Shown here: positions 19,258 to 28,096 of the stretch, piece after piece | Layout: the number at the start of each line of letters is the position of its first letter | How positions within the stretch are numbered: the stretch's first letter is position 1 | Assembly (NCBI GenBank): GCA_964196115.1 | Contig: CAXMRQ010000181.1 | Location: 223 to 64,222 of the forward strand | Source of the DNA: an uncultured Gammaproteobacteria bacterium | GTDB lineage: Bacteria > Pseudomonadota > Gammaproteobacteria > GCA-001735895 | Direction: 5' to 3' | DNA: 64,000 nt | Notes under the pieces: model-generated | The model's input: only the letters and a program-made list of their open reading frames with translations | Databases searched by the model: none | What the model was told of the DNA's origin: nothing | Translations under genes and position numbers: made by a program

Positions 19258-21300
19258 TTAGCTGACGCGCATACCCGGTTTGGCGCCACTGTCCGGATGC
19301 AGCACATAGAGCTCCTTGTCACCCGACCCCGCGGCTAGCACCATGCCCTCTGATACACCGAAACGCATTTTCCTTGGCGCCAGATTGGCTACCATTACTG
19401 TCAGTTTACCTTCCAGGGCTTCGGGTTCGTAGGCACCGCTAATGCCGGCAAATACATTGCGCGTCTCGCTGCCGATATCCAGTGTCAGTTGCAGCAGCTT
19501 GTCCGACTTTTCGACGCGTTTCGCGGCGACAATACGCGCCACACGAAAATCGAGTTTGGCGAAGTCGTCGTAGTTGATTTGGTCGGCAATCGTTTCTATC
19601 GATGGGTCGCCTGAATTGCCTGTACCGGCATTGATCTTGTTTTCCTCGATTATGGCCTCTTTAGTGGCTTCGATCATACGCTCGATAAAGACAGGTTCGA
19701 TACGCGTCATCAATGGCTCGAAGCGGTTGATTTTATGACCCAGCAAATCGGTTTCGAGATCCGCCCACTTTAGCGCATCGACGCTGAGGAAGGTTTCGGC
19801 CTGCGATGCCAGTCGCGGTAATACCGGTTTGAGTAAAATAACCAGTTGGCGAAAGCAGTTAAGGCCAATCGTGCAAATGTCCTGAACCTCGGCATGGCGG
19901 GCTTCGTCCTTGATCGCAACCCAGGGCTGTTTTTCATCGATGTACTGATTCGCCCGATCTGCTAGCGCCATGATCTCACGCATCGCGCGGCCGAATTCGC
20001 GGTCTTCATAAGCTTTGGAAATACTGTCAGCAGCCTCGCTAAATTGCTTGCTTAGGCTGGTATCGCTCATGCTTTCGGACAGCATCGCATCGAATCGCTT
20101 GTTGATAAAGCCGGCGCAACGGCTGGCGATATTAACCACCTTGCCGACCAGGTCGGAATTCACGCGGGCACTGAAATCTTCCAGATTTAAATCGATATCA
20201 TCGACCCCGGGCCCGAGTTTGGCGGCGAAATAGTAGCGCAGGTACTCAGGATTTAAATGTTCGAGATAGGTTCTCGCCTTGATGAAAGTACCGCGTGACT
20301 TCGACATTTTCTGGCCGTCAACGGTTAAAAATCCGTGGCAATAAACCGCGCTGGGCTTTCTGAATCCGGCACCATGCAACATCGCAGGCCAGAATAGCGT
20401 ATGGAAGCGAGCAATGTCTTTGCCGATAAAATGAAACAGTTCAGTTTCGCTATCTTTGTTCCAGTATTTGTCGAAGTCGTAATCGTTTTTCTCACACCAG
20501 TTTTTAAAACTCGCCATGTAGCCAATCGGTGCGTCGAGCCAGACATAAAAATATTTACCCGGCGCATCGGGTATCTCGAATCCCCAGTAGGGTGCGTTGC
20601 GCGATATATCCCAGTCCTTTAAGCCCTCGTTAAGCCATTCATCCATCTTGTTGGCAATTTCTTTTTGAATGTGCCCGGCCCGGGTCCAGACTTTGAGCAT
20701 GTCTTCGAAGTCTTCGAGTTTGAAAAAGTACTGTTCCGAATCTTTTTCGACCGGAGTTTCACCTGTCACTACCGAGATCGGGTTTTTCAGGTCAGTGGGT
20801 TCGTAGGTCGCGCCGCAACTCTCGCAATTGTCACCGTATTGATCGGCCGTGCCACATTTCGGGCATTCGCCCTTAATAAAGCGATCCGGCAGAAACATTT
20901 CCGCCTTCGGGTCGTAAGCCTGCGAGATGACTTTCGTGCGGATATGGCCGCCTTCTTTATTGCGAGAATAAATCAGTTCAGAAAAATAACGGTTTTCGTC
21001 CGAGTGGGTACTGTAATAATTATCGAATTCAATCAGGAATTCGGAGAAATCCTGCTCGTGTTCGATTTTTATACGATCGATTAAAACCTGTGGGGTGACC
21101 CCCTCAGCCTGCGCGCGCAGCATGATCGGGGTGCCGTGGGCATCGTCGGCGCAGACATAGATACATTCGTGCCCGCGTAATTTCTGGAAGCGCACCCAGA
21201 TATCGGTTTGAATATACTCCAGCAAATGACCGATATGGATCGGGCCATTGGCATAGGGCAGGGCGCTGGTAACGACGATTTGGCGTGGTTCGGAACTCAT
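19258..21300 (-). CDS. metG: Methionine--tRNA ligase
   Basis: [16 protein letters not shown], zinc knuckle and C-terminal tRNA-binding domain. Start placed at MSSEPRQ. Confidence 0.97.
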   Translation of the reverse strand: MSSEPRQIVVTSALPYANGPIHIGHLLEYIQTDIWVRFQKLRGHECIYVCADDAHGTPIMLRAQAEGVTPQVLIDRIKIEHEQDFSEFLIEFDNYYSTHSDENRYFSELIYSRNKEGGHIRTKVISQAYDPKAEMFLPDRFIKGECPKCGTADQYGDNCESCGATYEPTDLKNPISVVTGETPVEKDSEQYFFKLEDFEDMLKVWTRAGHIQKEIANKMDEWLNEGLKDWDISRNAPYWGFEIPDAPGKYFYVWLDAPIGYMASFKNWCEKNDYDFDKYWNKDSETELFHFIGKDIARFHTLFWPAMLHGAGFRKPSAVYCHGFLTVDGQKMSKSRGTFIKARTYLEHLNPEYLRYYFAAKLGPGVDDIDLNLEDFSARVNSDLVGKVVNIASRCAGFINKRFDAMLSESMSDTSLSKQFSEAADSISKAYEDREFGRAMREIMALADRANQYIDEKQPWVAIKDEARHAEVQDICTIGLNCFRQLVILLKPVLPRLASQAETFLSVDALKWADLETDLLGHKINRFEPLMTRIEPVFIERMIEATKEAIIEENKINAGTGNSGDPSIETIADQINYDDFAKLDFRVARIVAAKRVEKSDKLLQLTLDIGSETRNVFAGISGAYEPEALEGKLTVMVANLAPRKMRFGVSEGMVLAAGSGDKELYVLHPDSGAKPGMRVS

Positions 21301-21356
21301 CTGCGAGGTATGTTTGCGTAAAGCAGCGTAGTTTATGTGTTGCGCAGGGAGCTGTA

Positions 21357-21722
21357 TAGCCCGCAAATTGCATGAAGGCGGTAACATATTATGAATTTCA
21401 TCAATACTTTCAAATATATTGGTGGAAAAACCACTAAAATTGCAAAATATAGTTTATACCTGAACGAATTACTACAGACATCCTGCCTTTCGCCCTTCGG
21501 GCCAGCAGAGCTGTTCAAATTCGTTCCAGACGAATTAGTCAGGAAAAATCTGACTGCTTCGGCAAGCCGCTCCTGCGTTGCTCTACCACCTACAATCCCT
21601 GTAGGCGATCTTGGCCGATCCCCCTTGAACCATAGCTACGGCTATGCTTCGGCGGGCGATCCACCAACCTTGTTTGCCATATTTCCCCTGAACTTCGTTC
21701 CCTTCATGCAATATGCGGGTTA
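21357..21722. mobile_element. MITE-like element with 22-bp terminal inverted repeats
   Basis: TAGCCCGCAAATTGCATGAAGG (21357-21378) and CCTTCATGCAATATGCGGGTTA (21701-21722) are 20/22 complementary. An internal module at 21493-21540 recurs at 44438-44487. No transposase. Confidence 0.65.
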
Positions 21723-21818
21723 GCAATTGAACAAACGCATAAAAACTAAGTGATATTAGGGTGGTACCTCATGTAAAATGCCCGCCTCGTATAAAAACCC
21801 GCGGATATAGAGTTTTAA

Positions 21819-22907
21819 ATGTCTATCACCAAACAGCAAATTGAAACTGCTCTGAGCCAGGTTGTTGACCAACACATGGACGCCGACCTGATGGCGGCAA
21901 AGTCGGTCAAGGATATCGCAATCGATGGCGACAAAGTCAGTATTACACTGGAACTCGGATACCCGGCAGCGGGTTACTTCGATACTCTGAAGCAGGCGGT
22001 ACGCGATCAGCTCGCGGGAATTGAGGGCATCGGCGATATCGATGTCAAGGTATCGAGCAAGATCAAATCCCATACGGTGCAGCAAAATCTGAAACCGCTG
22101 GTTGGGATAAAGAATATTATCGCCGTCGCCTCGGGTAAGGGCGGTGTCGGCAAGTCCACCACCGCGGTAAATCTGGCGCTGGCATTGCAGGCCGAAGGTG
22201 CGACGGTTGGTATCCTCGATGCCGATATTTATGGGCCGAGTATTCCACGAATGCTGGGCTGCCAGGGTCAACCAGATTCATCTGATGGCAAGAGCCTGGA
22301 GCCGATGATTGGTCATGGCATTCAGTCGATGTCGATTGGATATTTGGTTGAGGAAGATACACCGATGATCTGGCGCGGCCCGATGGTCACCCAGGCACTG
22401 GAACAACTGCTCAACGACACACGCTGGAAAGATATCGACTATATGGTAGTCGACTTGCCACCCGGCACCGGTGATATACAGTTGACATTGGCGCAGAAAA
22501 TTCCGGTGAGCGGTGCAATCATCGTCACCACACCGCAGGATATTGCCCTGATGGATGCGAAAAAGGGATTGAAAATGTTTGAAAAGGTTGAAGTGCCGGT
22601 ACTTGGTATAGTGGAGAATATGAGTATCCATATCTGTAGCCAGTGTAACCACGCCGAGCATATATTTGGTGAGGGCGGCGGTTTACGCATGGCCGAGGAG
22701 CACGGCGTCGACTTTCTCGGTGCACTTCCGCTCGATATCCGTATTCGCGAACAGGCAGACAGTGGCAACCCGACTGTTGCGGCGATGGCAGATAGTCAGA
22801 TTAGCGCTATTTATCGTGAGATTGCGCGTAAGACAGCCGCTAAACTGGCGACCAGGGCAAAAGATCATTCTGCTGCGTTTCCGAGTATTGTTATTGAAAA
22901 TAATTGA
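21819..22907 (+). CDS. apbC: Fe-S cluster carrier ApbC/Mrp
   Basis: GKGGVGKST, DADIYGPS and ENMS...CxxC motifs; divergent from metG. Confidence 0.95.
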   Translation: MSITKQQIETALSQVVDQHMDADLMAAKSVKDIAIDGDKVSITLELGYPAAGYFDTLKQAVRDQLAGIEGIGDIDVKVSSKIKSHTVQQNLKPLVGIKNIIAVASGKGGVGKSTTAVNLALALQAEGATVGILDADIYGPSIPRMLGCQGQPDSSDGKSLEPMIGHGIQSMSIGYLVEEDTPMIWRGPMVTQALEQLLNDTRWKDIDYMVVDLPPGTGDIQLTLAQKIPVSGAIIVTTPQDIALMDAKKGLKMFEKVEVPVLGIVENMSIHICSQCNHAEHIFGEGGGLRMAEEHGVDFLGALPLDIRIREQADSGNPTVAAMADSQISAIYREIARKTAAKLATRAKDHSAAFPSIVIENN

Positions 22908-22980
22908 TAAACTATCCGGAGCCTGATCCTAATTACTTGGCAGTTTGCCCGCCGAGTTCATTGAGCGTGTAAATTCCGCT

Positions 22981-23019
22981 TTAACCCGCCCCCAGTCTTA
23001 AGCCAGGGGTGGGGGTTAA
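22981..23019. terminator. GC-rich hairpin downstream of apbC
   Basis: TTAACCCGCCCCC...GGGGTGGGGGTTAA imperfect inverted repeat between convergent genes. Confidence 0.4.
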
Positions 23020-23281
23020 TCAAAAGCTTTAAATCTTGTTATTATCAACACGATAGTACTAAAGCAGACATTGACAGAATTAAGTCGAACTTCCGGGGTC
23101 AACTGTGGGTTCAGAGAAGTTCTCGATGGTTAATTGAATGGCTGCTTATGGAAAAAGGACCCTCCCAAACAGGTTGATAACTTCCAGGGGGGCGAATTAA
23201 ATCATTCACCGTACTCTAAAAACTTCCCACTAATAACCAGAGGCGTCCTAAGATAAACGCTATGTTTTACTAATTAATCGG

Positions 23282-24487
23282 CTACTCTAGTTCGCCATAA
23301 CTGTACCAGAGCAGCGTGGGTGCTAATGGACTGTCTCGTTCTATCCAGATCAGATGCAATCCACCCGTTTGATCCAGTGCCACCGAAACATGTGATTGCT
23401 CACCCGGTCCGGAGGCAATAGCGGGACTAAAATTTTCACCCCATTCTCCGTCTTCATCAAGGCTGGTTAGCCAGATATCGGAATCACCGCTTCTGTAGTC
23501 ATCCCAGGCTACTAGCATCGAACCGTCGGGATTTCCACTCGTGGCAGGATTGGAATGCGGCAGTTTATCACCTTCCGCCCCATGGATTTTCTCATTGGGA
23601 CCGAAGGCGCCTTCACTGCCAATCGAAGAGAATATGCCATAACCTCCTCTTCGGCGTTTATCCATCCAGGCGGCGACAATTTCATCGTCAGAAAAGTCTG
23701 CCATCGAGACCCGGGTCACACCGTTGCCTTTGTCGTATTCAGTTCGGTTTGAGTAAAATTCGTTCAGATATGACGGTGCCATGAAATTTTTTGCCTGATC
23801 AGCTGAAAAGCTGAATTTCAACCGTGTGTGTCCTGCGGTGCGATCTTCCCAGGCCACATAAAGTCCAGATTTATTAGATGCCAGGGTGGGGAACAGGACG
23901 GGTGTATCATAAGGTTTTGATTCGACGGGCTCGATCGAGAGTAACTCAGTGTTCTGTTTTTGTGCGCTCGACAGTCGAGCAACCTGCAGGCTCCATGTTC
24001 GGCCCTGTTGCTCTCGCCATACCACGTAGATCTGATCATTGTAGGTCGCCACGCTCGATTGACTGGCCAACGAGTCTGAAGAAAGCTTTAGTGGTTTGTT
24101 TAAAGATTGCCCGTCGTGAGTATTAAGATAAATAGCCCCATCCTGTTCCCAGACCAGCACAAACCGACCGTCCGCCAAACTGGCAATAGCCGGTTCGTAA
24201 GCTTCTCTACCGGTACTCACTTTTAGCGCAGATGTAAAGCCCGGATCGGTTCTGACATTTAGTGCCAGATATATTTGTGGGTCGCCGCTACGATCATCTT
24301 CCCAGAGCACGGCAATCTTATCGCCCGAAACAGCGATATGTTTACGGCCGGCGCCTTCCAGGTGGTGATAAGTGCTTTTGATGGCATCTCCGGTAATGGC
24401 TATACGTTCGCTGAATTGCCACTGCGCAGATAACTCGAAGGATATGGCATAAAACCAAATCGATATCGCTAATCCAATAATTTTAAT
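23282..24487 (-). CDS. Exported repeat protein (probable sialidase/BNR-like beta-propeller); likely ATT start
   Basis: Repeated (V/A)WED.R motifs. The frame is open 59 codons upstream of the tracked GTG and encodes a signal peptide; AGGAG lies 8 nt before ATT at 24487. Confidence 0.7.
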   Translation of the reverse strand: MKIIGLAISIWFYAISFELSAQWQFSERIAITGDAIKSTYHHLEGAGRKHIAVSGDKIAVLWEDDRSGDPQIYLALNVRTDPGFTSALKVSTGREAYEPAIASLADGRFVLVWEQDGAIYLNTHDGQSLNKPLKLSSDSLASQSSVATYNDQIYVVWREQQGRTWSLQVARLSSAQKQNTELLSIEPVESKPYDTPVLFPTLASNKSGLYVAWEDRTAGHTRLKFSFSADQAKNFMAPSYLNEFYSNRTEYDKGNGVTRVSMADFSDDEIVAAWMDKRRRGGYGIFSSIGSEGAFGPNEKIHGAEGDKLPHSNPATSGNPDGSMLVAWDDYRSGDSDIWLTSLDEDGEWGENFSPAIASGPGEQSHVSVALDQTGGLHLIWIERDSPLAPTLLWYSYGELE

Positions 24488-24986
24488 TCGACAGGCTCCT
24501 GGACAAATACTGCTTTAAAGTTGTCGTTTTATAATGCCCCTGTGATACAAAATCACTGTACTGCTGCATCTGCGCAATGGATTGAAATCCTGATTTTTTA
24601 AACAGCGGTTTTTGATCTTCGGAAAAATAGATAAAGGTAGGCGTGCCCTGGATTCGGCTTCGCGATGCAAACTGCATTTCGGTTGTACGTTCACCGTTAG
24701 CCAGGCGGATGCGTTTACCGCTTTCGGTATCGACATAGGCCAGTACAAACCGTTCAGACATGTTTTGTCTCAATGTCGAGTCTGAGAACACTTCCTTATG
24801 CATCTTGCGGCAGGTATTGCAACCGTAACGCCCGAAGTATAGAAACATGGGTTTATTGTCATCATCAGCCTGTTTCAGAGCCTGGTCGAATGAAACAAAA
24901 TCATATTGTTCAGGTGGCGCGGCCAGAGCATGCTGAAACATGAAACCTGCCAGGCATATAAATAGCATTGAATAAAATTTATTCAT
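24483..24986 (-). CDS. Exported thioredoxin-fold protein (SoxW-like)
   Basis: Signal peptide, GCNTC CxxC motif and GTPT cis-Pro motif. Confidence 0.8.
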   Translation of the reverse strand: MNKFYSMLFICLAGFMFQHALAAPPEQYDFVSFDQALKQADDDNKPMFLYFGRYGCNTCRKMHKEVFSDSTLRQNMSERFVLAYVDTESGKRIRLANGERTTEMQFASRSRIQGTPTFIYFSEDQKPLFKKSGFQSIAQMQQYSDFVSQGHYKTTTLKQYLSRSLSN

Positions 24987-25096
24987 TTGGCAATGACTTT
25001 CCGGCTTTCATTTAATATTAAAGTAAAATTTACGCCTACGACTCAAAAATATCAATATTCGTTGGCTGTTAATTGCCGACCTTCCTGGATGATCGA

Positions 25097-25204
25097 TTAA
25101 AACTGTCCGCTTTGGTAATCCATATAAGCCTGCTGTAATTCTGCCTGATTGTTTATTACAAATGGCCCGCTGCGGGCAATGGGTTCGCCAGGCGGTTTGT
25201 CGGC
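25097..25204 (-). repeat. Direct-repeat copy of the pirin 3' end (left boundary of the island)
   Basis: Matches 32449-32556 at about 99 of 108 positions by manual alignment, including the stop codon. Confidence 0.9.
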
Positions 25205-25496
25205 CACAAATATGGCTGGTTGAGATTTTCATCACTATATTCTCGGAGCTACAAAGGTACAATGCGTTACCAATATTTTGGAAAGTTACCGACCGACACA
25301 TTTCGGTCCAAATTACTAATTATTAACAATTCAGTTTCGTTACTGCCCGCTGTGATAATTCATATGAGGCTGTCGCAGCCTGAAGCTACCCTCTAACAGA
25401 ACAATGACAGGTATTGCCGTGTCGCCCCTGTCTCGGGATAGTGCACGCCTACTAACTGCTGCAACATTACATTGGTGTACTATATTAGATGAGCAA

Positions 25497-26600
25497 ATGG
25501 CCATTTTTGAAAAAGAAATACTAAAGGTAATCTCGGACAAGGATATCGTCGACCTGTCGAAGGCTTCAATCAACCAAAATCTCTCTACTGTCGATTTTGA
25601 TCAGGATGCGAAATTCTTTTATATCACGATTGACCGAATACTATTTTCTAATCCAGTTAGCACGATCAAAACGGTGCTTGATGCGCATGGTTTTGTACCT
25701 AATCTAGAAAATATTTTATCCTGCCTGGACAGTCTTAACTTTTCCATATATGGCAAGAGCCCCGGAAAGGGCAATAAGAATTCGCCAGCTAAAGTCAGTG
25801 AATATTTCCCCTGCATCCGATTCGAATTACCGAAAAAAAATAATATTGGCGATACCCTTCGCAGCTTTTATGATGAGATTTCCAAATACGAATCGAAACT
25901 ATCTGACAAGAATTTACCCGCGTGGGCGCCGAACCCGGAACTTAAAAAGAACAAAGATCTGCGCGAGGAAATAAAGCAACTGAAGGCCGCCAACGAAGAG
26001 CTTTCAGATCAGGTTAGTGTGCTCACTCAACAATTAAACCGGGAGCAGAAATCACTTAGCAGGGCATCCCGGGCGCTGGATTCGCAACGCGTATTACCGG
26101 AAAACGCGAAAATGTGCCGAGTCGAGAAGGTCGACCTGAAGCGCCGAAAAATTAAAGTGAAGTGCCAGAAGGAAGTCATCGATATCCCGACCCATATGCT
26201 GGATCGAATTCCCAATTTTCAGGAGCGCTGCCTGATCATTCTGGAAGAAGGCCTGGATCTGCCGCTCGGCATTATCTTTTTCACCAGCGAGGAAATTGAT
26301 CGTCTGGAAAAGCGTACCGCGGAACTTTTATACGTCGAGAAAGACAGGTTTAAGGCTCGCGATTCTATGCGTAACGAATTTCAAATCAAAGCTGTGAATC
26401 CGATGGAGGCAGAAACCATAAAATCACTCAGCCGTGGCATGAAAGTGGTTATTTCTATCGTCGATGGTTACGTGGTTCATTTTTCCGTCTATGGCTCAAA
26501 AAATTCGGCGCAGTTTACCAGTCGCATACAGGAACAGCTGATTGTATATGACATTGCCAAAAATCAATTAGTTAACCTGGCTGAAGATAAAAAACAGTAA
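25497..26600 (+). CDS. Hypothetical protein: N-terminal domain, coiled coil, two beta-rich domains
   Basis: Heptad-like stretch LREEIKQLKAANEELSDQVSVLTQQL. First gene of the four-gene operon; start placed at MAIFEKE (ORF open from 25404). Confidence 0.75.
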   Translation: MAIFEKEILKVISDKDIVDLSKASINQNLSTVDFDQDAKFFYITIDRILFSNPVSTIKTVLDAHGFVPNLENILSCLDSLNFSIYGKSPGKGNKNSPAKVSEYFPCIRFELPKKNNIGDTLRSFYDEISKYESKLSDKNLPAWAPNPELKKNKDLREEIKQLKAANEELSDQVSVLTQQLNREQKSLSRASRALDSQRVLPENAKMCRVEKVDLKRRKIKVKCQKEVIDIPTHMLDRIPNFQERCLIILEEGLDLPLGIIFFTSEEIDRLEKRTAELLYVEKDRFKARDSMRNEFQIKAVNPMEAETIKSLSRGMKVVISIVDGYVVHFSVYGSKNSAQFTSRIQEQLIVYDIAKNQLVNLAEDKKQ

Positions 26601-26617
26601 AGCTTAGAGGCTCACCC

Positions 26618-27436
26618 ATGAATGGTTTAAAAGACAAGAAGTACCTCAGCGTTTCAAACCGACGATTTGATCCGATAACCGTGTTTTTCAGTGTCGCATT
26701 ACTCGCTGCTGTTCTGGTTTCGGCGGTCGGCATCGATACCGGTCTTGGAATAGGGCTTGGTTCGGGTAATACCATAATGTTCAACGATTTTCGTAGTTTT
26801 TTCTTTGTTGTCGGTGGAACCCTCGGTGTGCTGTTGTTCCAGTTCGATGTGGAAACATTCTTCCACACCATTGTGCTGGTAGTTCGCTCGTTTATTGCCA
26901 ACCCGGTTAAACATCTCAACCCGGTAATCAACGAGCTTGACGATATGATTATCAAGGGCGGAAGCATTCTTGATATGCGTGATGGCAGTGAAATTACCGG
27001 CGAATTGCTCAATGACATTATCCATATGCGCAAGGAAAAGCTTTTCTATGAAGAAATTGAAGACTTTGTTACTAACCGCGTCGCGTCGGTTTTCCTGTTG
27101 CGAAAAGTATCAGCCTCGTTGCTCAACAAGGGTTCAAAAGTGGCACCAGCACTCGGCTTGCTGGGTACCGTTATTGGACTAATCGAGGTGCTACAGTCAC
27201 TTGAGAACCCGACCCAAATCGGCCCGGCGATGTCGCTGGCTTTGATGACCACAGCATTTGGTTCGATACTCGGTTCGCTGGTATTTACGCCATTGGCCGG
27301 TCGACTGGAACATCATAATAATATTTATATTGAAACCCATAAGCTGCTGATGAATCGTGTCAGTGCGTTAATTCGCCGCGAAGAACGTCAACTCGATTCG
27401 ATGTCGATGAATACCAAGATGGGTGGAGCGGCGTGA
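26618..27436 (+). CDS. MotA/PomA-family ion-channel protein
   Basis: VVGGTLG and APALGLLGTVIGLI...IGPAMSLALMTT...PLAGRL TM3/TM4 signature. Confidence 0.9.
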   Translation: MNGLKDKKYLSVSNRRFDPITVFFSVALLAAVLVSAVGIDTGLGIGLGSGNTIMFNDFRSFFFVVGGTLGVLLFQFDVETFFHTIVLVVRSFIANPVKHLNPVINELDDMIIKGGSILDMRDGSEITGELLNDIIHMRKEKLFYEEIEDFVTNRVASVFLLRKVSASLLNKGSKVAPALGLLGTVIGLIEVLQSLENPTQIGPAMSLALMTTAFGSILGSLVFTPLAGRLEHHNNIYIETHKLLMNRVSALIRREERQLDSMSMNTKMGGAA

Positions 27437-28077
27437 GCCTCGAACAACTTTCTGCAGAATCCGACGAAGAGGGTCTTGATTCCTTTTACATAAGCTTTGG
27501 TGACTTAATGGTCATCCTATGTGTGTTTCTCGTGATGCTACTGACCATGAGTAAAATCGATATAGGCTCTTTCGAGAAAATTAAAAGCGTGATGACCGGC
27601 AGTACCGATAATACGCTGGTCGAGCTGTCGGAAACGCTCCGCGAAATTATCGAAACTGCACCGGGCATTCCTGGCGCGTCGGTTCAACTGGCTAAAGACG
27701 GCGTACGAGTGGATCTTGATACCGGCGTACTGTTTGCGCCGGGTAAGGCCGCGATCAAAGGCGAAGCACTGCATTCCATTGAGCCGCTTTTGAGAGAGAT
27801 TCTGAAGACTGAATATCTAATCGATATTGAAGGGCATACCGATGATGTGCCGTTTTATCGACTCACCGACGGTGAAGTCGAAACCAACTGGAGCCTGAGC
27901 GGCAAGCGCGCCAGTAGCGTCATATTGCATTTGCGAAATAGTGGCTTTTCAGCCAAACGGCTGCGCGCTGTGGGTTATGCGCACACGCGGGCGGTAGTCG
28001 ACATCAGAGGTAAGTCCGGCGTTGAGCTGGAAAATGCCAGAGCCCGAAATCGGCGAGTTTCGCTGCTAATACGATAA
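27433..28077 (+). CDS. MotB-family protein with OmpA-like peptidoglycan-binding domain
   Basis: FYISFGDLM TM with conserved Asp24; IEGHTD, NWSLSGKRA and NRRV motifs. GTGA overlap with the motA-like gene. Confidence 0.9.
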   Translation: MSLEQLSAESDEEGLDSFYISFGDLMVILCVFLVMLLTMSKIDIGSFEKIKSVMTGSTDNTLVELSETLREIIETAPGIPGASVQLAKDGVRVDLDTGVLFAPGKAAIKGEALHSIEPLLREILKTEYLIDIEGHTDDVPFYRLTDGEVETNWSLSGKRASSVILHLRNSGFSAKRLRAVGYAHTRAVVDIRGKSGVELENARARNRRVSLLIR

Positions 28078-28096
28078 TAAGCGGTTAAGAATAAAA

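Noticed and set aside
21391-21723. 110-aa ORF between metG and apbC
   Set aside because: It lies within the TIR-bounded element and translates repeat modules; no recognisable motif.
22908-23281. Possible ncRNA in the 370-bp gap after apbC
   Set aside because: Only one hairpin is visible and I recognise no RNA family; an Rfam search would be needed.
25008-25301. 97-aa ORF at the island's left edge
   Set aside because: It spans the stranded pirin fragment out of frame; not a credible gene.
26618-28077. Ordinary flagellar motAB, or exbBD/tolQR
   Set aside because: No flagellar, TonB or Tol genes are nearby, the rotor-contact motif is not evident, the B subunit has an OmpA domain unlike ExbD/TolR, and the pair is in an operon with a helicase inside an island.
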